Shown: positions 26,563 to 32,000 of the stretch, in pieces
Layout of the letters: every line of letters starts with the position of its first letter
Numbering within the stretch: position 1 is the first letter of the stretch
NCBI RefSeq assembly: GCF_002945325.1
Contig: NZ_CP026606.1
Coordinates: 420,001 to 452,000 of the forward strand
Length of the DNA: 32,000 nucleotides
Source: Methanococcus maripaludis
GTDB taxonomy: Archaea; AGJL01; Methanococci; Methanococcales; Methanococcaceae
Reading direction: 5' to 3'
Made by a program: the position numbers and the translations under genes
Notes under the pieces: model-generated
The model's database searches: none
Told to the model about the DNA's origin: nothing
Seen by the model: the letters and a program-made list of their open reading frames with translations, nothing else

Positions 26563-26612
26563 CCTTGTGTTAAACTTTCTTGCAAATGAATTCAATTTTA
26601 AAAAACACAGGG
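26563..26612 (+). promoter_or_regulatory. Hairpin overlapping the ribosome-binding region of the next gene
   Basis: CCTTGTGTT (26563-26571) pairs with AACACAGGG (26604-26612), one G-U; the 3' arm overlaps GGGTGA at 26610-26615, with ATG at 26620. Confidence 0.35.
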
Positions 26613-26619
26613 TGAGCAT

Positions 26620-27096
26620 ATGATCCACAATAAAACCGAAAATTTAATTCATACCTTTTTTTACGTTTGTTTTATGGCATTTGTAATGACCACATATAAT
26701 TTGGTATTACACCAAGGCTTTTCTGCAGAAGTTCTCAAAGTGAGCTGGTTAAGTTTCCCACTTACGTTCATAGTTGCATTTACGCTTGAATATTATGTTG
26801 TTGGAAGACATGGTATGAAATTAGTGTTTAAATTACACAAAGATCATCACACAGCGTTTCAAAAAAGAGCGATAGCTGCGTTAGTTATTGTTTCAGGAAT
26901 GGCTTCTTTGATGTCATTGTATGGATCCATTTTAACAGTTGGATTTTCAAACGAGTTACCGCTAACATGGGGCCATAACTTGGTTATTAACTTTTTATTT
27001 GCTTATCCTTTAATCGTATTCGTTGCAGGGCCGCTTGTGGGCTTTGTTTTTAGAAAAATTTTTCCAGAAGGATGTATTATCGATGTTGCAAAATAA
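26620..27096 (+). CDS. DUF2798-like membrane protein, apparently two tandem modules
   Basis: 158 aa; two similar halves (FFYVCFMAFVMTTYNLVLHQGF...WLSFPLTFIVAF and ALVIVSGMASLMSLYGSILTVGF...NFLFAYPLIVFVAGPLV). Confidence 0.68.
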   Translation: MIHNKTENLIHTFFYVCFMAFVMTTYNLVLHQGFSAEVLKVSWLSFPLTFIVAFTLEYYVVGRHGMKLVFKLHKDHHTAFQKRAIAALVIVSGMASLMSLYGSILTVGFSNELPLTWGHNLVINFLFAYPLIVFVAGPLVGFVFRKIFPEGCIIDVAK

Positions 27097-27411
27097 ATAT
27101 ACTTTTTTAAAAGAAATTAATCATTTAATTTCTTTTCAAACCAGTTTTCTGCTAAAAATGAGAATAAAAACTTTTCCTAATGTCATTATATGAGCGTTAT
27201 TAGATTTTTCAAAAAATACTCCGATTACTTGATTTTTAGATCATTCCGTATCAGAAAATTTAATTAGAAAAATAAAATATTTTTGTTTCGGGGAGTCCAA
27301 TAAATCTTTTTGATATGTTGCAGACTAATAAAATTGTGATCGTTTTGTATACATAGATCTAATTCAATCAATCTGAATGTTTAAGTAATGCTATTTTCAA
27401 AAATTATATTT

Positions 27412-27508
27412 GCCTGAAGGGGTGAAAATAATGGGATTGGGGAGTTAATCCTACACGGTATCAGGCATTAAGAACAGTTCAATTTCTGAGGGGGTTGTTG
27501 AATTGTTC
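27412..27508 (+). ncRNA. Candidate structured noncoding RNA
   Basis: GCCTGA/TCAGGC encloses TGGGATT/AATCCTA; followed by GAACAGTTCAA/TTGAATTGTTC and T-rich ctctttttaatcttttt. 42 of 97 nt G/C in an AT-rich gap. Confidence 0.42.
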
Positions 27509-27603
27509 CAGATCTCTTTTTAATCTTTTTAAATAAATTTTATAAACGACACAACAGGGCTATTTTTAAAATTTTAAACAAACACATCACCAACATTTTC
27601 GTA

Positions 27604-27648
27604 ATTTTGTTAGATCAACGGTTTTAGATTAATTATTTGGAAAAGAAG
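27604..27648 (+). repeat. 45-bp direct repeat, right copy
   Basis: attttgttagatcaacggttttagattaattatttggaaaagaag. Confidence 0.7.
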
Positions 27649-27691
27649 TAAGAAAGATGAATCTTGTGAATTCATAATATCATTAGGACTC

Positions 27692-28192
27692 ATGACTAGA
27701 AAAGGGAATTTCTTGGCATTGAAAATCAAAAAAGTAAAATCCGTTCCAGAATTCTGGATAATTTCTGCACATGAATCTGAACTTCAATTTGAGATCCCTG
27801 AAAACGAATGGGACGATGAATATTCTGAATTCTATATTGATATTGAACCATGGTTAGAAAATGACTTTGATCCAGATAAACTAACGATTGGAAAACATAG
27901 GGCCGTCCAATTTTTAAAAATGGAAAATGAAAATGACGGATTTCGTAAATTGGAAAATTACTTGGATGAATATGGAGATATGATCCTAAATTTAGATATT
28001 CCTGCATTTAACGGAATTTTAGCTTTGAAAATAACAAAAAACGATTCTGAAGACCTCTACAAAATAACAATTCCTGATCGGGATGAATTCATTGAAAATA
28101 TGAATATTGAATGGGACGATGGAAAAGTTTATGGGTTAAATCAAAATCTAAAAAGATTATTTAAAAACGTATTCTCTTCATCCAAAGAATAG
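27692..28192 (+). CDS. Hypothetical acidic protein, 166 aa
   Basis: Open frame, first gene of a tightly spaced set with 28219-28464. Confidence 0.65.
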   Translation: MTRKGNFLALKIKKVKSVPEFWIISAHESELQFEIPENEWDDEYSEFYIDIEPWLENDFDPDKLTIGKHRAVQFLKMENENDGFRKLENYLDEYGDMILNLDIPAFNGILALKITKNDSEDLYKITIPDRDEFIENMNIEWDDGKVYGLNQNLKRLFKNVFSSSKE

Positions 28193-28218
28193 TTTTCGAA
28201 ATCCCCTTAGGTGGGATC

Positions 28219-28464
28219 ATGACACAACAACAATTCTATTTAGTAAAAGATGTTGATTCAAGAGCTTTAAGGTATTACCTTCACAAACTCGAAAATTTAA
28301 CATCTATAAATCCTGAAAGATTAAAAAATCTTGTTGAATCAAAAAAGAATTACAAAAGAACCATTAAACTATCAAAACAAGAGCAAAATATCACTGATAA
28401 ATTTGGAAAAGCCACAAACATTCTTGTAAATTATTTAATTATCGAGGCAGAGCAGAATGAATGA
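28219..28464 (+). CDS. Hypothetical small protein, 81 aa; stop codon lies in the tetranucleotide array
   Basis: SD-like aggtggg before ATG 28219; ends QNE-TGA inside the first units of the repeat. Confidence 0.65.
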   Translation: MTQQQFYLVKDVDSRALRYYLHKLENLTSINPERLKNLVESKKNYKRTIKLSKQEQNITDKFGKATNILVNYLIIEAEQNE

Positions 28465-28652
28465 ATGAATGAATGAATGAATGAATGAATGAATGAATGA
28501 ATGAATGAATGAATGAATGAATGAATGAATGAATGAATGAATGAATGAATGAATGAATGAATGAATGAATGAATGAATGAATGAATGAATGAATGAATGA
28601 ATGAATGAATGAATGAATGAATGAATGAATGAATGAATGAATGAATGAATGA
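28455..28652 (+). repeat. Tetranucleotide tandem repeat (GAAT)49.5
   Basis: Uninterrupted GAATGAAT... for 198 nt. Confidence 0.98.
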
Positions 28653-29469
28653 TTTTAAAAATAAACTGCTCCTAAAACCTAAAAAAGAAACTCAAAAAGA
28701 ACCTCCTGAAGTTAAAAAGTGGCTTAACAAATTCAGGGAAGAACGGGAGTTTGATGGAATTAAATCTTCAACGATTGGAAATGACATTACTAGATTGAAA
28801 GTATTTTACCAACTCATGAGGCTTGACAATTTTAAAGATTTTAAGGATGAAAGCCAAGAGCGTAAAAGATTTTCAGGTTTTGAAATAAAGCACTATGACG
28901 CAATATCTTCAGACCTTTTAAACGACATTATGAACGTAATTATTGAAAGTAAAAGCAGAACAAAAATTAGGGATGCAACAATTATCCGGTTTTTGTGGGA
29001 TTCAGAATGCAGAATTTCTGAGGCATTGAACTTAACTTATGGGGACTCAGACCTTGAAGAAGGAACCTTTGTTTTAAGAAATACAAAAGGTAAAGCAGAA
29101 AGAACCGTTGTATGCTCAACAGACACGTTAGAAGTTCTAAACTATTATGTCCAATACAATATCAAAAAAGGATCTAAAGATAGAGTCTTTCAAAATTCTA
29201 ATGGCGAACCTATCGGAAGGGGATGGATAGGGGAAATATTTAGAAAAGCTGTCGATAAATTAAAAAAAGATGGCAAAATTCCTGCAAATAGAAAAATCGT
29301 TGTGCATTCTTTAAGACATGGACGAGCTGTTGATTTACTTGAAAAAGGTCAGCCAATAGATATTGTAAAAGAATATTTAGGGCATAAATCACTTGATACA
29401 ACCCTATTCTATTCTCATTCAAAGGAAAGGAAGGAAAAAATGATTAAAAACATTCAAAAAATACTATGA
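28645..29469 (+). CDS. Tyrosine recombinase/integrase (XerC/D-like)
   Basis: Catalytic-type motifs SECRISEALNL, HSLRHGRAVDLL, LGHKSLDTTLFYSH. Start codon is the last ATG of the GAAT array. Confidence 0.9.
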   Translation: MNDFKNKLLLKPKKETQKEPPEVKKWLNKFREEREFDGIKSSTIGNDITRLKVFYQLMRLDNFKDFKDESQERKRFSGFEIKHYDAISSDLLNDIMNVIIESKSRTKIRDATIIRFLWDSECRISEALNLTYGDSDLEEGTFVLRNTKGKAERTVVCSTDTLEVLNYYVQYNIKKGSKDRVFQNSNGEPIGRGWIGEIFRKAVDKLKKDGKIPANRKIVVHSLRHGRAVDLLEKGQPIDIVKEYLGHKSLDTTLFYSHSKERKEKMIKNIQKIL

Positions 29470-29478
29470 GGGGAAAAT

Positions 29479-30147
29479 ATGAAAGAAATGAAGTTTATAG
29501 ACTCAAATACCCATCCTTTTTTACAGGAAGGTACAAAATACTACGAAGTGAATTATGAATACATTATATTTTCGGGTATCAAACTTTCAGACATGGACAT
29601 TCTTTTAGATGGTAAAAAATTAGAAGAACAAGGTTTTATCCTTAAAGATATGAACAAATACGATTTACCAGTTATGTATGTCGATAATATCGAGGAAATT
29701 ATGGCCAAATTTGACGAAAAATACCACTATGCATTTTACGGAAAAGAGTTATCCCATATACTTACATTGGAAAATTTAAAAGATATGGCCGTTGAAATTA
29801 GTATGGATCCGCCATTTTGTGATAAAATGGTTCCAATAAAAGTTTCAGAACTGATAGAAAAAAACCAAAAACTTGAAGATATCTTGGAAATTGGAATAAG
29901 TGGAAAAGATTTAAACACTTTAAATCTTACAGTATGGGATCTTGATCATGCACTTGTAGACGGCATTGGATTTAAAGATCTGGATCATTTTGGAGTAAAA
30001 ATGGCCGATGTATGGTTGAGATTAAATGTTAACCTATTTAACGATATAAATAGGAAAGTCGAGGGTTTAAAAAGCGTTTATGTCCCAGATGAAGATTTAA
30101 ATATGGACCTTTTAGAAAGGATTAATACTTCTCAAGATTCAAATTAA
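29479..30147 (+). CDS. Hypothetical protein, 222 aa
   Basis: Starts 9 nt after the recombinase stop with SD-like aggggaaaat. Confidence 0.65.
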   Translation: MKEMKFIDSNTHPFLQEGTKYYEVNYEYIIFSGIKLSDMDILLDGKKLEEQGFILKDMNKYDLPVMYVDNIEEIMAKFDEKYHYAFYGKELSHILTLENLKDMAVEISMDPPFCDKMVPIKVSELIEKNQKLEDILEIGISGKDLNTLNLTVWDLDHALVDGIGFKDLDHFGVKMADVWLRLNVNLFNDINRKVEGLKSVYVPDEDLNMDLLERINTSQDSN

Positions 30148-30158
30148 TATCATAATTA

Positions 30159-31604
30159 TTAATTTAATCTATTTTCCAATATTTTCAACATATATTTACA
30201 GGCTTCAGCTTCATTTTCTTCAAATCTATGAATATGTAATGGATTAACTAAAGAAAACATTCTTGGATTGAAAGTTAGTTCTGATCGTATAACTTTTTCA
30301 ATATATTGTTCTTCGACACGGTTAATCATTTCAATTTCTTCGTTGTTGAAATAATATCGTGCTAAACGCCTACATAATGCTGAAGAAATACGTTTAAATC
30401 CCCCGAAGGTAACTTCTTCATGATCTTTCATTGCATGAAGTAATTCTTCAAATTCTTCATAGTGTCGGATATCCCTTGGTTCAAAACAGTTTTTAATATT
30501 TAACCGATTAATGTCCTCAGTTAAAGGTATTACTTCGTCAACGTATTCGTTTAAAGATTTTAGAGATAATTTATCAATATTTCTTAATTCGCCTAGTTTT
30601 TCCGTTAATTTTTTTATATTACTTTGGTATGAATATGGGAGATCTTTATGATCCAAAATTTTTAAAACGTTCTTCAATAAGTGTTTATCCAAAAATTCAT
30701 CTAAATCCTTAATATTTTTTCTAAATAATTGGGTATAGCGTATATCTTCAATTTTTGAAAGATCTGAAATTATATTGGCTTCGCAATAACCTCTTATGAG
30801 TTCACTGAAATTTGGAACATTTAATCTTGGATAAAATTCTAATTTTGATAAAATCATAAGATTATCGATACATCGTTTTAAATAAGGGTGATTATCAACA
30901 ATTAGTTCAATATTTGACTTTTCGTAAGATATTCCCGGATCAGCATACTGTTTTAGATAATAAATTGTAGAATAAACAGTTATGGCCACATTATATTCAA
31001 ATAAGTGGGCGATTCGTTGCATTTGTTCAGTTGAAACTTTTTTTGATAACAATTCAATATTTTTCATTATGTTTACAGATATATTGGATATTTCAGAAAT
31101 TACCCTATTTTTTTGAATTTCTGAAAACTTTGATATTGCATCATAACTCGAATTTAAAATTTGATAATTCGAAACTATCAGTAAATCCAAATTTAAATAA
31201 AGATAAGAAAGTTCCGCTATTTGTTTTAGCGTTGAAATATATAATTTTTCAAGGTCAGTTTTCATTCCAGGATGATTAATAAGATCTTCCCTTAAATATA
31301 TATAAAATATTCCGGATTTAATGTTAGACATAGTCAATATGACATTAATTACTATTTTTTCTGAAAACTTCGTATTTGTAAGCAGATATACTACATCTGT
31401 TAAAAAATCCCCAATATACTCAATAATATCAATTAATCCCCAACTACGATAATATTGAAGCAATAAAGAAGTGCATAATGTTCCAATAAATGAAAATATA
31501 CTTTTAAATGCCATAGAATATCCAGATAAGCTTAAAATAGATATTATTTTTAAAATTCCTGATTTATACTCGTTTGAAAACTTCAATTTACACTTATCAT
31601 CCAA
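30159..31604 (-). CDS. Hypothetical protein, 481 aa, mostly helical with N-terminal hydrophobic region
   Basis: Long intact ORF; no family recognised. Confidence 0.75.
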   Translation of the reverse strand: MDDKCKLKFSNEYKSGILKIISILSLSGYSMAFKSIFSFIGTLCTSLLLQYYRSWGLIDIIEYIGDFLTDVVYLLTNTKFSEKIVINVILTMSNIKSGIFYIYLREDLINHPGMKTDLEKLYISTLKQIAELSYLYLNLDLLIVSNYQILNSSYDAISKFSEIQKNRVISEISNISVNIMKNIELLSKKVSTEQMQRIAHLFEYNVAITVYSTIYYLKQYADPGISYEKSNIELIVDNHPYLKRCIDNLMILSKLEFYPRLNVPNFSELIRGYCEANIISDLSKIEDIRYTQLFRKNIKDLDEFLDKHLLKNVLKILDHKDLPYSYQSNIKKLTEKLGELRNIDKLSLKSLNEYVDEVIPLTEDINRLNIKNCFEPRDIRHYEEFEELLHAMKDHEEVTFGGFKRISSALCRRLARYYFNNEEIEMINRVEEQYIEKVIRSELTFNPRMFSLVNPLHIHRFEENEAEACKYMLKILENRLN

Positions 31605-31622
31605 TAAATACCATTCTGATGA

Positions 31623-31787
31623 TTAAATGGACTTCAGGTATTCAAGATAATTAGGGTCTTGATTTTTAATTCTCGAATATTCAAAATTTAATAGATCCTG
31701 TAGGGATTCCAAAATATCCTTACAAAGTTCTCTCCGGTTTTCTTCAGGATTTGGCCCCATAAATAATGATATTTTCTTTTTTAACAT
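31623..31787 (-). CDS. Short hypothetical ORF or 3' fragment (open upstream to 31946 without ATG)
   Basis: MLKKKISLFMGPNPEENRRELCKDILESLQDLLNFEYSRIKNQDPNYLEYLKSI; upstream in-frame GLFGIYILISLLIFSIFTLIDYISG encodes a TM-like segment. Confidence 0.35.
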   Translation of the reverse strand: MLKKKISLFMGPNPEENRRELCKDILESLQDLLNFEYSRIKNQDPNYLEYLKSI

Positions 31788-32000
31788 AGTTAATAATTCA
31801 TTAAAGACCCATTTTGACGTTAACTTTTCGGTTACACCCGATATATAATCAATTAAAGTAAATATTGAAAAAATTAAAAGGGAAATTAAGATATAAATTC
31901 CAAATAAACCTCCCTCAGTTTCTGTTAAAAATCCTGCATTATTATGCTAAAGACTATTGACGCGGAAAAAACTGAAAAAAGCATCCAAAATTTATTATCT

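Noticed and set aside
28455-28652. CRISPR or classical frame-shifting phase-variation interpretation of the GAAT array
   Set aside because: No spacers, unit only 4 bp, and the recombinase ATG lies at the 3' end of the array so unit changes cannot shift its frame.
23423-31690. Recurring GAATATTCAAAA near 23434, 26372 and 31676
   Set aside because: Short AT-rich palindrome likely to recur by chance in this composition; contexts differ and no consistent spacing was seen.
1-32000. tRNA, rRNA, CRISPR arrays, complete insertion sequences, restriction-modification systems
   Set aside because: Scanned for but none could be recognised from the sequence by eye; absence should be confirmed with tRNAscan-SE, Infernal and ISfinder-type searches.

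Overview
This window looks like a Methanococcus chromosome (AT-rich, M. maripaludis-like gene content; the organism is inferred). The left part is mostly housekeeping: partial serB, purC, leuB, endonuclease III with a C-terminal DUF123 domain, CGGC-domain protein, DUF432-MscS pair, small membrane proteins, coiled-coil protein, MNT-HEPN pair, SulP permease, and a class III signal-peptide pilin-like protein with a membrane-anchored HTH regulator. The middle holds small secreted proteins (one with a perfect 211-bp internal duplication), an ABC ATPase, and a rearranged, frameshifted ChlI/ChlD-like gene. It is followed by a nucleoside-recognition-domain membrane protein, a BtuD/FecE-like ATPase and a dockerin-bearing substrate-binding protein. 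The right part is accessory: TrmO-like gene of foreign composition, AAA/DUF4143 ATPase, Fic protein with a variant motif, DUF2798-like protein, an unknown operon interrupted by a 198-bp (GAAT)n array that supplies the start codon of a tyrosine recombinase, and further hypotheticals. The best candidates for undescribed elements are: (1) a multi-helix leader at 14839-14999 whose last loop can pair with the start-proximal AGGG; (2) a 14-bp hairpin RNA candidate at 12522-12564; (3) a structured RNA candidate at 27412-27508; (4) the (GAAT)49.5 stop/restart array before the recombinase; (5) the chimeric, frameshifted chelatase/ABC locus; (6) a ~4.3-kb segment bounded by 45-bp direct repeats; (7) an unannotated 40-aa membrane microprotein immediately before an ABC ATPase. 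No tRNA, rRNA, CRISPR array or complete IS element was recognised.
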